In this document: piece after piece, positions 28,381 to 41,619 of the stretch | How the letters are laid out: each line of letters begins with the position of its first letter | How positions within the stretch are numbered: position 1 is the first letter of the stretch | Source: Octopus vulgaris | Taxonomy: Eukaryota | Assembly: GCA_951406725.2 (NCBI GenBank) | Contig: OX597827.1 | Location: 22,444,001-22,508,000, forward strand | Length of the DNA: 64,000 nucleotides | Direction: 5' to 3' | Notes under the pieces: generated by a model | The model's database searches: none | Told to the model about the DNA's origin: nothing | Seen by the model: the letters and a program-made list of their open reading frames with translations, nothing else | Position numbers and translations under genes: made by a program

Positions 28381-29231
28381 AATTACATTTCCACTGTTGA
28401 ACCTGTCCCTTCTTCAAGCGTCACTGCTTTCCCCTCCAAAAACTAAACACTGGCAAACTACCACGGAGCGCAATATTTCCAAAATGTCATATCACAAAAC
28501 CCATATTCCATAGTTCCGCATTTCCCAAATTCACACTTACTTAGTAAACTACAACCCCCCACCCTCTACACATACACACACACACCACCACCACCACCAC
28601 CCGCTGATGTCAAAATCTTTGCATTTCAAACTCCATCACGTCACTTTTTTTCTTTTTCTGATTTATCTACATTCGACGCCATTTTAGCTGTTACATTTGC
28701 AACCGTTGATGATGGCGAAGGACTGGTAGTTATTACTGCCAGATTTTGTTGAGGGTCTTGTAGTTGTTCTTCTTCTTTTTCTTCTTCTTGCTATTGCTGC
28801 TGTTCTTCAACGAAACATTTAAAAAGGAACATGAACAACAAAACTGTTATATCTTTGTCTTGGCTTCCAAAATAGTTTGCCATTTTAGGTTGTCTGTGTG
28901 TCTTTTGATTATACTCACTCATACACACACACCTATATACATACATATGCATGTATGTATATATATATACACTTATGCATGTATGTGTATATAGATATAT
29001 GTATATATATACATATATCTGTATACATATATCTATATACATATTTACATGCACACGTATACATATATATATGTACACACATATATCAATATACACATAT
29101 ATACATGCATACACACACACATATATATATATATGTACACACATATATCTATATACACATATATACTTGCATACATATATATATATATATATATATACAT
29201 ACATATATGAACATACGTATATTTGTGTGTC

Positions 29232-29273
<42 letters not shown>

Positions 29274-29494
29274 TGTGTGTGTATCATCTGTTGATTACAA
29301 CAAGAGAAACCCGACACGGTTAATCTCCAAAACTCTTCATTTCACGGAATTCCTTCTCAAAAAAACTTTATTCCAACTTTTCGCAATTACGTCATTGAAA
29401 TCACATTACGTACATATACACACACATACATTCGTACACACATACAACATGTGTCAGTATGTATATATCTACGTGTGTATGTGTGTGTGTGTAT

Positions 29495-29527
<33 letters not shown>

Positions 29528-29869
29528 CACATCCACACATTCATTGATGTGTGCGTACAGATGTGCATGCGTGTATTGCACACGTATGTACATTCATATG
29601 CATACACACACACACACACACGTCCATAGGCACATACACCTGTATGTCTGTGTGTTCGATCAATCGAATTAACTTTCCTCTCATACATGAATTGGCTTCT
29701 CTACACTCCAGACATTTCTATCCTGTACATGTGTGTGTGTGTGTGTGCGTGTACGTGTGCGCGCGCGCGTGTGTGTGTGAGTGTGTGTGCGTGCGTGTGT
29801 GCGCATGTGTGTGTGTGTGTCTTTGTGTGTGTGAAGTAAACGATCTTCTTACAGAAGTGTTTATCCTTT

Positions 29870-30258
29870 ATTCTCTTATTCTTTTTACTTGTTTCAGTCA
29901 TTTGACTGCGGTCATGCTGGAGCACCACCTTAAATTTTTTTTAGTCGAAGAAACCGATCCCAGGACATATCCTTTGTAAGCCTAGTACTTATTCTATCGT
30001 TTTCTTTTGCCGAACTGCTAAGTTACGGGAACGTAAACATACCAGTATCGGTTGTCAAGCAATGGTGTTTTGGAGCACAAACACAGACATACACACATAC
30101 ATATTTTACGACAGGCTTCTTTCAGTTTCCGTCTGGCAAATCCATTCCCAACTTCGGCCGGCCCAAGGCTATAAGTAAAATACACTTTCCAAGGTACCAT
30201 GCAATGGGAGTGAACTCAGAACCGTGTGGTTGGGAAGCAAGCTTCTTGCCCCACAACA
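29870..30258 (-). mobile_element. SINE family A
   Basis: Full-length similarity including the LINE-like tail. Confidence 0.85.
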
Positions 30259-30654
30259 AATTATTTAATGTATAACTATTAATTTTTTGCGCATTTCTTA
30301 TGCGCAAATCAAACCCCGCGTTTTTTAACCCCCGTAATAGAGTGCGGCCCATTTTCCTGCAGCAAAAAAATATAGCTGATCTGTTGTTGAAGGGTCAGAA
30401 GGTTTAGGAGAGAATAGGATCAGTTGGAAATCACCGGTCCCTCGCACGGATTGGTCTTTGCTTGAAATACCGTCGGTATTGATCTTGTCTTACGGTTGTA
30501 TTGTCGTATAGCACGATCAGCGCGACCAGACTCGATCAATGAACAGAGATATTTAAAACTTTTCGTTACGATACACAGCCATCGTTTCCGTTAAGTTTGA
30601 AAATATTACAGGATTTCGTAAAATAACTTTGTTATTATCGATCTGGTGTTTAAA

Positions 30655-30820
30655 GCTGCGAGCTGGCTGAAGCGGCAGCACACTGAACAAAATACTTTCG
30701 TCCGTTCTGGGTTCAAATTCTGCCGAGGCCGACTTTGCTTTCATCCTTCCGGGTCAATAAATTAAGTACCGGTAGAGCACTAGGTCCTACAAAATTTCAG
30801 GTCTTCTGCATGTAGGAGTA
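30655..30820 (+). mobile_element. Degraded SINE family B
   Basis: gcgagctggc...gggttcaaattc...ttcatccttccgggtcaataaattaagtacc. Confidence 0.7.
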
Positions 30821-31594
30821 AGAGTTATTAACCTGATGTTTCGGACATAAATTAGCACGAAATTTTGATCGAAAATTTAAATAAGATTATTTTAAAACAA
30901 GGGTCTCGTATCAAAGAACCAGGTTCAGGTAGATTAGTTTCGAAAGGGTCTACTAGGTTAGTGATTAACAAGAATTATAACAAAAAGGAAAGCAGCAACA
31001 CCCAACCAGAACCCTTCAAAAGTCCAACCATAACATGCAGTGATCAACTGTGATTATTCATGGTGTTACGACATATTGTTAAAGACCGCTCAATGCATTG
31101 ACCAAACGTAAATATGAGGTGAGAACGAAAGAGCGATGACTATCAAGTTTGGTCGGCGTAATGGTCATCCAAATCTGACTTTAAACCATAAACATCCAGT
31201 TGTGAGCAGCCATAACTAGTTTTGACCAGCAGCTGGAACAAGCCACAAACACGTGTCAGAAGAAAACTCAACATGTCGGTCATTGTTAGGAGCGGTGAGG
31301 AACACCTTTACACCAAACTGACACCAGATGGCGTTAGTCGACTCAATGCAATTTTGACTGGATGAAGTAGTTTCTGCTCTACTTGACTAGAGTGAAGCAA
31401 CTGTAAGAGGAGGAGGAGGTGTAAATAAAGAAGGGAAGGGGAAAGGGGGAGACGTGCTGAAGTATAGATGAAAGGAGAAGGTGAGAAGGAGGAGGTAAAG
31501 AAAAGAAGGGAGGAGAAGTACTGAAGTGTCTTAGGTGTTCATACATACACACATACACACATACAACAGAACATCCGTAGATGTGTTTAGATAA

Positions 31595-31671
<77 letters not shown>

Positions 31672-31675
<4 letters not shown>

Positions 31676-31948
31676 TTTTGTTTCCGTCATTTGACTGCAG
31701 CCATTCTGGAGCACCGCCTTTGGTCGAACTAATCGACCCCAGGACTTATCTTTTGTAAGCCTAGTATTTATTATATCGACCTCTTTTGCCGAACCGCTAA
31801 GTTACGGGAACATACACACCGACATCGGTTGTCAGGCGATGGTGGGGAGACAAACACAGATAAACTAACACATACACACAAATAAAAATATATATACATA
31901 CGACGGGCTTCTTTCAGTTTCCGTCAACCAAATCCACTCAAAAGGCTT
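31672..31948 (-). mobile_element. SINE family A, 5'-truncated, tail abutting (TA)n
   Basis: Reverse complement ends ggcggtgctccagaatggctgcagtcaaatgacggaaac then (TA)n. Confidence 0.85.
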
Positions 31949-32002
<54 letters not shown>

Positions 32003-32005
<3 letters not shown>

Positions 32006-32350
32006 CCGCACTCGGTTGGTTACGATCAACGGAACAGCCTGCTCGTGAAATTAACGTGCAAGTGGCTGAGCACTCCACAGACACGTGTACCCTTAACGTA
32101 GTTCTCGGGGAGATTCAGCGTGACACAGTGTGTGACAAAGCTGGCTCCATTGAAATACAGGTACAACAGAAACAGGAAGAAAGAGTGAGAGAAAGTTGTG
32201 GTGAAAGAGTTCAGAAGGGTTCGCCACCTCATCTACCCGCCGGTGCCTCGTGGACTTTTAAGTGTTTTCGCTCAATAAACACTCACAGCGCCCGGTCTGG
32301 GAATTGAAACCGCGAGTCCGCTACCCTAACCATTGGGTCATTGCGCCTGC
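32003..32350 (-). mobile_element. tRNA-derived SINE family E within (CA)n
   Basis: Reverse complement starts gcaggcgcaatgacccaatggttagg...ggtttcaattccc; (CA)n on both sides. Confidence 0.7.
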
Positions 32351-32355
32351 ACACG

Positions 32356-32434
<79 letters not shown>

Positions 32435-33001
32435 ATAAAACCTTAAGTGTATATAAAGTGTGTGCCGTATGTATCCTGTCATTTGTGTTTCTGTGTGTGT
32501 GTGTGTGTGTGTATAAGTCTGTATGTTTATGTATCTGTATTATACATAACCTTACACACGCATATACACACACATGTCAGTGTATATGTGTGAGAATGTG
32601 TGTGTGCTTGTGTATGCAGACGAGTGTGTGCGCGTATCTATGTTTCTTAGTTTGTGTATATTCTTTATATTCCGTTGCTGTTCTTTGTCTACCTTAGATA
32701 CAGCAAGCTTATGATAGAAGACTTTCCAACCGTGACCATCGCGTTCTTTCTAAGACAGTAGACCCTGATTTAAATGTGATTTAGCCGTTACACTTAGCAG
32801 ACCAAACGACCACGAAGTGGCTCTCCAACAGGTATTTCTGTGTGTGTATATGTATGGTATGGTACTCGTATGTGATTATGTGTGTATTTGTGTGTGTAAA
32901 AGAAAAAGAGATAGAAAAGGTTAAAGGCGGAATCCATGTGCCTCGATGTTTTTAGTTCAAATCTGATCGGAGTCATATCTACCTTTCATTTTTCTAGTAC
33001 A

Positions 33002-34283
33002 CCGGGGGTCTCAAAAGTCACTATTTCAGTGGCATTCGATTGTCGCTATATTATCATAAGGATAAGAAGCATCACTTGTGCAAATCTGTGTTTTGACAAA
33101 ATGCTAATTCGTTTGTGTCGATATTTGTGGTGTTTATTTTTATTTCTTCGACCCGATTAACTGAAGATGAACGTGAAAAAAAAAAAAATCGGGTGTTGGT
33201 GTCAACACGAAATCTGAAGGAAGTAGAAATAAATTTGAGGGGAAGTTTCTTAAGAAATTTTCAACAGACAAAGCTATTCGTGAAGTTTCATAAAACCGGA
33301 TTTGTGCATGATGGCAGCCGAACTGGACGTCCAAGGAAATTTGGAAAAAGATTTGAATTGGTTCGAAAACAGGAACCGCAATTATCAACTCGTAGGGCAG
33401 CTAACATGTTGCAAAATCCATGCGCATCAATCCATAGAATTCTATGAAGGAATTTGAACAAAAAAACAAAAAAAAGCCTAATCACATTCAAGTTTTTCAC
33501 AACTTCAGAAGAGGATTATCCCCACAGATCAGCGATTTGCGCTCAGCTTATTGATCAAATTGAAAGAGCCGATTTAATCCACAAAATTCTGCTCAGTGAT
33601 GAAGCGACCTTCCATACATATGGAAAGGCTAATCGTCATAATTGTCGCTTTTGGGGAAGTGAGAAACCAACTGAATTTCTTGAATGGGAACGAGATAGAC
33701 CGAAAGAGAATGTTTGGCTTGGTGTGAATAAGTCAAAGGTGTATGGATCTTTCTTCTTCGCAAAGACTACGGTGTATCCTGATATATTTGAACAATTCCG
33801 CGAACCTCAACTCCGTACAGATGGCATTCTTGATACAGTAGAGTTTCAACACGAAGGAGCGGCGTACCATTATGCAAAGATTGTATGTAATTATCTTGAT
33901 AGACACTTCCCTCGCTGTTGGAATGGTCGTGGGGTATACAACAATGAGCAGCACTCAGATCCATTTTGGCAACGTTAGATTTTTTTCGCTTGGGGATTTC
34001 TTAAATCTATGGTGTACACCAAGAGAAGAATTAGAGATGTAGCAGAGCTCCGACATCTTATTACTGATGCAGTTCAAAACATAAGACCTCAACTGCTGGA
34101 AATGTGTTCCAGGAAGCAATTTATCGCTTTCAGCTCTATCATCCCCACATGATGACAGTGATGGTCATCGCGTGATACACTAATTCTTGGCAGCATATAC
34201 TTCGAAATAAGTATATTAGTCAAATTTAAGCCATTTTTTCATAATTATTTCTCAAAATAGATAGTGACTTTTGAGACACCCTG
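33002..34283 (+). mobile_element. Decayed IS630-Tc1-mariner transposon (DD41D/rosa-like motifs)
   Basis: TIRs ccgggggtctcaaaagtcactat / atagtgacttttgagacaccctg followed by TA; transposase fragments KFHKTGFV..RTGRP, SDEATFH..NRHNCRFWG, FQHEGA, LDFFAWGFLKSMVY with stops and frameshifts. Confidence 0.88.
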
Positions 34284-35759
34284 TATATATAAACAAACAC
34301 ACACACACACATATATATATACATATTTACATGTAAGCACATACATACATATATATACTTTTATCTTGTTTTTTTTTCTTACTTGTATCAGTTATTAAAC
34401 TGCAGCCATGCTGGGGCACCACCTTGAAGAATTTTAGTCCGACGAATCGACCCCATTACTAATTCAAATGTGTCACACTCGTTCGGCCTGACAATTGCTC
34501 TGTGGACTGTTTACCGTCGACAGCGATGAAGTACCCACCAATTTCTGTTGTGTTTTTATATTATATTTTTGAGTTATTATCCATTTCATTCATGTAATAC
34601 ACGTTTGTATGACTTCTATCTGCTTAAGAGGTAGAGTATCTTATGCATTCATCGCACTCTGTTTATGTCTGTATTTTTCTATGGCTTGGTCTGTTACTTT
34701 GTGTACCTATTGTTGATTACTGTTTATTTTGTTCGATGGATTTCTTTATTTAGTGTTTCGTTTGTCACAGAGAATCGAAACGAACTTCTAAGTAGAGATT
34801 CCATCACTGCCATTTTATATGTGTGGATACATGCTGTCTCTACAGGAATTTATTTGTGTCTTTGGTCTAGGCGTATTACGATGCATCTGTTATTTTTATC
34901 TGAATGTTTATCTTGAAATGGAGACATTATGTTGCTTGAAGCTGTATTTACACAGTTTTGGGTGTTAAATTTTAGTAGAGTTCTTTTCTAGTTCTTCTTG
35001 CAATTTATCAATGTCTTCGCACTGTATCCATTACGATTTATTTATCATCTACACTTTTCGTGTGTATCATATATTTATGCCATGGTACTATTCTGTTTTC
35101 TAGTGTTGCCATGGAGAACGCAACGAACGTGGTCTCTATGGCAGAGCCTGAGGCCATTCATCTTTTTTTCTCTTTACCTGACTTGTTTTGTGGACAGCAA
35201 AAGAGATTTGTATCATAAAGGAATTTCTACTCTAATCATTTCTCCCGTATTTTATATGCTATTAAATGTGTTTCGGATTCATTATTTAATGTGGTTTCCG
35301 CTGTTCTTACCATTGGAGCGCAGGTAAAAAGGCATTAAAATTTAAGACGGACATGGTCCAAACTTCAGATCAATCCTTCCTGCAGGTATAATTATAAATG
35401 GTTTTAGCAAGATAGCGTGACACATGAGAAAGGTGTACCTCACAGATATTTTTAGGTAGTTCACGTTGCAGATGGTATCTTAACGAACTGCCGACATTTT
35501 CTATCACAGCAAAGCGGTTTGGAGGCATCTTTATCGTTCTTATTGATCAGTATATCAAAGCGATCACCTGTCCTTCGATAGGGAAGGTCTATCTTCCTAG
35601 ATGGAATGTGATATATCTATCACAGATCCAGAAGGGGCTGCACCTCAAACATGCACATTCCCAGACACGCATGTATATATGCATTATGCATATATATATA
35701 CATATGTATACTTACATTATATATATATATAAATACATGTTCTTGTATACATGAGTACT

Positions 35760-35827
<68 letters not shown>

Positions 35828-35937
35828 TACATATATGTATGAATATATCTATATCTACCTACCTATCTATCTATCTACCTACCTACCTTTCCATCTACAT
35901 ACCTACTACTTACCTACTACTTATCTACGTACCTACT

Positions 35938-36170
35938 TATTTCTTTACTACCCACAAGAGGCTAAACACAGAGAGGACAAACAAGGACAGACAAATGGAT
36001 TAAGCCGATTATATCGACCCCAGTGCGTAACTGGTACTTATTTAATCGACCCCGAAAGGATGAAAGGCAAAGTCGACCTCGGCGGAATTTGAACTCAGAA
36101 TGTAACGGCAGACGAAATACAGCTAAGCATTTCGCCCGGCGTGTTAAAGATTCTGCCAGCTCGCCGCCCT
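35938..36170 (-). mobile_element. SINE family B
   Basis: Near-consensus reverse complement, embedded in (CTAC/CTAT)n. Confidence 0.9.
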
Positions 36171-36641
36171 ATCTACCTACCTATCTATCTATATCTCTAC
36201 CCATCTTTCCATCTATCTCTTTCTCTATCTATCTTTCCAGCTATCTATCTATTTACCTACCTACCTACCTATCTATATCTATGCAGCAGAGTTTTTCATC
36301 CAAGTTAAATTAAATAAGGCCTGGCACCAACCTGGCGCAAAACTCTTCTATCTCTCATTTATTCCTCTCTTTTCAACTTTTCCATCGAGAAGGATACTGT
36401 CCGAAAATTTGGATTTTTCACTCCTCACAGCATTTTCTATGCACAATGTAAGTTTTTCCGGTGCAGACCAGCACCAGACTTTTTGGAGTTTGTTTACTCA
36501 TATATACATTGGCATTAAACATGTAGGTTCGCTTATACAAACACACAGATACACACATATTCACATACATTACGCATGCATTCACAGATATAGATATATA
36601 CCTATATAACAAATAAAATTAAAAACAAAACACAAAGGATA

Positions 36642-36736
36642 TCGCGGTACACGTGTTTCAAGCTTTATAAACAATCCGTTCTTACATCAGTATATTATTG
36701 ATATAAAAGATGGTTTAAAGTTCTCTTCAGCCGCAA
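36642..36736 (-). ncRNA. Type I hammerhead ribozyme motif with extended stem II
   Basis: Minus strand ttgcgg-CTGAAGA-[about 65 nt hairpin gaactttaaac...tatcaata/tactgatg...taaagctt]-GAAA-c(acgt)g-TA-ccgcga. Confidence 0.72.
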
Positions 36737-37161
36737 ACATTGTTACTCCAAATAGTTACATCACACTATAAAAAATATGAAAAGTACATGTAGTATTGCC
36801 CATTATAATAGGTATATCATATCTTGCTGAGAAAGTGTATTTGTAAAATTTCCTAACTGTATAAATGTATAAAGATTCATTGGATTTCAAAAATCTGCCC
36901 ATACTGTATCACCAGTCAACATAGAGTCCTATATACCTATATAGATAGAACGATGGTGCTATGTTTGCAGTTTCTTAGAGCAGTCTCGAAAATTACGGCA
37001 GTTTTGTTCAGATCAATGTTTAGTCCAATCACATAACAATAGAGAATACACAAACATGATGCATGGACGTTTATACATTTTCGGCTGAATGTGAAACTAA
37101 GTTGCAACTAACTGCACGAGAGATGTCGTGCATAAGCGTAATTTACACATACATACACGAA

Positions 37162-37224
<63 letters not shown>

Positions 37225-37827
37225 GCATATATACATACATACGTACGTACGTACATACATACATACATACATGCATGCATAAACACACGCACGCATACAT
37301 ACATACATACATACATACATACATACATACATACACACACACACATACATTCATCCATGCATACACACACACATACGTACACACATACATACATACATAC
37401 ATACATACATGCATGCATGCATACATACATTCATCCATGCATACACACATACATGCATACATACACACATACATGCATGCATGCATACATACAGACATAC
37501 ATACATGCACACATACACACATGCATACATAGGTTCACAGATGTCTACAGAGCCTAACCGTGGTCACGTGCAACTATAAAACAAACAGTGGGATGGTAAA
37601 GCTAAAGTGTCGGGAGATTGTTTAGCGAGATATCTGACTTTTAGTGATTAACTGTGAAGGTAGGAGTGGAAAGGTATGGTAGGAGACAGACAAGAGAGAT
37701 ACGGAATTGGAGAGGGAGAGGGATGGAAATTGTGCGCGCGCGCGTGTGATCCTACGTGCGACGTGCGTGCACAATATTTGCGTGAGATGGATAAGTACAT
37801 GAAATAGACAGAATGAAGAGCGATAAG

Positions 37828-38142
<315 letters not shown>

Positions 38143-38229
38143 GGGGGGGAGGGAGAGAAATTTAATATAATATCTGTGTTACCTGGAGCTTATAACTTTG
38201 GCTGACGGCTTACTCAACCAGCTTTGAGA

Positions 38230-38498
38230 TCAACCGTGACACCTGGAAAATGAAAGTACGAGAGTTTATGAAATGTAAGAGTTGTTACCTCCTATGAACA
38301 GAACAAGGGCGCAAAGAAAAGGTGAGCTGTGCAAATTCAGGGCCAACTCCTTACTTTCAGTCCCAACTGACCTCCAGTGCTCGACCTGTGCTGCAATCTC
38401 CAAAGCACGCATCCGGTTGATTGGTCACAGCCGGACACACCCTACCCCGTCTTCTTCTCCATTCATGGTCATCGTTGACATCAACGAAGGATAACTCA
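38230..38498 (+). mobile_element. 3' end of an RTE-clade LINE
   Basis: RAQRK...LQCSTCAAISKARIRLIGHSRTH matches the RTE C-terminal C2H2 motif, followed by an atggtcatcgttgacatcaacgaagga tail. Confidence 0.7.
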
Positions 38499-38655
38499 AC
38501 CAGTACTTGGTCGCCTAGTCCTCTCCTCCGTGAACATTCCGTTGTAATTCTGAAATTTGCTTGAAAATACTAACATTTAGACAGACAGGCGGGAAATGAG
38601 AGAGAAACGAAATCGGAGAATTACAACAGAACCTTGCAGCCAGATAACATCATTA

Positions 38656-38699
<44 letters not shown>

Positions 38700-39013
38700 T
38701 GGAGAAGAAATGCCTGTTGCAAAGTGTGTTTCGTAAAAGATGGAAGTATATTGCAAGTATGTTGCAAGTGAAAGAACCTGTTTAAACGGAAATGTAAAAA
38801 AGGAGAAAGCAAAGTCTTCAGTGTGAGTATGTGGTTTGTGGGGTCGACCGCGTCCTCCGCTTCATTTCTTGTTAATCACTCATTCTCATTTAATTGTATA
38901 TATATTTAATGGCTTATTCATACGTTTCGTCTCATTCGATATCCTGACCCCAATGTCTGTTTTGTCTCTCTTCGTATCGTCCCCTCTTTTTCTCAACCTC
39001 GTGGTGAATAAAG

Positions 39014-39062
<49 letters not shown>

Positions 39063-39186
39063 GAAAGGAACAAGTCACCGAAGCGTTAGATTCTCTCTCT
39101 CCCCACCGTAGATCATTTTAATGAATTCTTTAATAAACACACCTCTCAATTGTGGCTAAACCAGACAACCTCCTCCTCCCCGCCTA

Positions 39187-39244
<58 letters not shown>

Positions 39245-39504
39245 AATGAGAGAAATGGAAAATGGAATTCATGAGATCCTTTATTAATCACAAATATTGT
39301 TTAAACCCATCCCTGCAGGGTGAGATTCTGAGCAAATGGATGTGGAGCATCCTTCGGTGCAGATGTATCTCAAGTGATTTTCAAAAGGTATTTCGCTCAT
39401 TATACTCGTTTTCACTGAGATCGATTCTAATATATTTCGTTATTTGCCTGTAACAGGTTGCATACAGAAGAGATCAGGATTCTGAATCTGTATGTACGGG
39501 GGTG

Positions 39505-40082
39505 GGGCGATCTGGCAGAAACGTTAGCACAGTGGGCGAAATGCATAGCAGTATTTCGCCTGCCGCTACGTTCTGAGTTCAAATTCCGCCGGGGTCGACT
39601 CTGCCTTTCATCCTTTCGGGGTCAATTAAATAAGTAGCACTTACGCACTGGGGTCGATATAATCGACTTAATCCGTTTGTCTGTCCTTGTTTGGCCCCTC
39701 TTTGTTTAGCCCCTTGTGGGTAGTAAAGAAATAGGTATTTCGCCTGCCGCTACGTTCTGAGTTCAAATTCCGCCGAGGTCCACATCCTTTCGGGGTCGAT
39801 AAATTAAGTACCAGTTGTGTACTGGGGTCGATCTGATCGACTGTCCCCACTCCCCACAAAATTCAGGCCTTGTGCCTATAGTGGAAAAGAATCGTTACAG
39901 CGCCGAACAGAATGTTTAGCGGCATTTCGTCCTTTAAGTTACGTGTGCGAATTCCGCCGAGGTCGATTTTGCCTTTCATCCTTTCGAGATCGATTAAATA
40001 AAAATCAATTGAACACTGAGGTCGATGTAATTGACTTACCCACCATCCCAAAACTGCTGGCCTTGTGCCAAAATTTGAAATC
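39505..40082 (+). mobile_element. SINE family B multimer (three units)
   Basis: Head, body, tail 1, body, tail 2, degraded third unit. Confidence 0.88.
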
Positions 40083-40348
40083 AATATATATGTATGTATA
40101 TACATATTTATATATATATATGTGTGTGCGTGTCTATATATATATATATATATGTATGTATACATACGTGTGTACATATGTATTCATCTGTGTGTGTGCG
40201 TGTATTAGTATCTATGCGTCTAAAATATCAACGCAAATACTTCAAGCTTATGACGAAAAATGTTTACTTATGACTCCACTGATATCCTAAACGCAAGAAA
40301 CACAAAATAAGTGGTATTTAATCTTATCTTTTAAAGAATTCTTTCCGG

Positions 40349-41236
40349 GATAATCATATGCAGTTTAATGCTGAAAAATTCCAAGCCCTGCGCTACCAGC
40401 GTCCAAAACTGAATATGAAACTTACAGGGTACACCGGACCACGGGGAATTTCAATCCCAGGGCCTAAGTCAGTGTGGGACCTGGGTATCGACATGAGTGG
40501 TGATACCTCTTTCCAAGTGCACATTACCAGGATGGCGACAAAGTGCAGACGACTGGCAGGATGGATCCTAAGAACATTCAGAACTAGAGATAAGGAAACC
40601 ATGATGGTCCTCTGGCGGACATTCGTCCTCAACCGCCTGGATTACTGCTCACAGCTATGGTCACCCACCAGTGTGAAATTAACAGCGGACCTTGAAGCAA
40701 TCCAGAGAAGATTCACAAAGAAGATCGTCTCTTTGCAACATCTCAGCTACTGGGAAAGGTTGAAACAGCTAAGATTCTACTCCCTGGAGAGAAGACGGGA
40801 GAGGTATGCAGTAATATATGTCTAGAAGATCCTGGAAGGAATTGTGCCAAATTTTGGCATTGAAAGCTATACCAATACCAGAAAGGGACGACACTGCACA
40901 ATGCCAAAGATCCCAGCAACGCCATCGCGCTTCAGGACCAGTTACTACAACAGCCTGGATTTCAGGGGCCCACGGCTTTTTAATATTCTCCCAAAGAGCC
41001 TGAGGAACCTGCACAAAGTAGATGAAGGCGTTTTAAAATCAAAGCTGGACCTCTTCCTGTCGAGATTCCCAGATGAACCTACATCACAGCAATAGGTGCA
41101 AATGAGGGTAACTACATCAAACTCCATTCTTCACCAAGTGCCATATATTGGAGGAGGCTCTCAGTAATAACAGTGTAGCAAAACGGCGGTGCATCAGCAT
41201 GGCCGCAGCTATGAGCTGAAACTACAGAAAAAAAAA
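40349..41236 (+). mobile_element. 5'-truncated APE-RT LINE (CR1/L2-like), pseudogenised
   Basis: MQFNAEKFQ...[10 protein letters not shown]...ERRRERY; in-frame stops at 40823 and 41093; 3' signal ggcggtgcatcagcatggccgcagctatgagctgaaac then TA-rich tract. Confidence 0.92.
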
Positions 41237-41523
41237 TATATATAAACATATATATATATATACACACACACATATATATATACATACATATACACATGCA
41301 TATATACACACATATACACATGCATATATACATACATGCATACATATATACATACATATACATATATATACACATATACGTATATATATATATATATATA
41401 CGTATATATACATATATATACGTATATACAGACATATATATATAGACATATATATACACATATATACATATATATATATATACATACATATATCTACACA
41501 CACACACATATATACACACACAT

Positions 41524-41608
<85 letters not shown>

Positions 41609-41619
41609 ATAATAATATT

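Noticed and set aside
30550-30965. piggyBac-like MITE interrupted by a SINE
   Set aside because: Termini too degraded to confirm TIRs or a TTAA duplication.
33160-33185. CTGAAGA...GAAA hammerhead-like match
   Set aside because: Lies in transposase coding sequence with no stems I or III.
34460-35640. Possible host exon or old LINE in unique-looking DNA
   Set aside because: No recognisable motif or sustained frame on either strand by eye.
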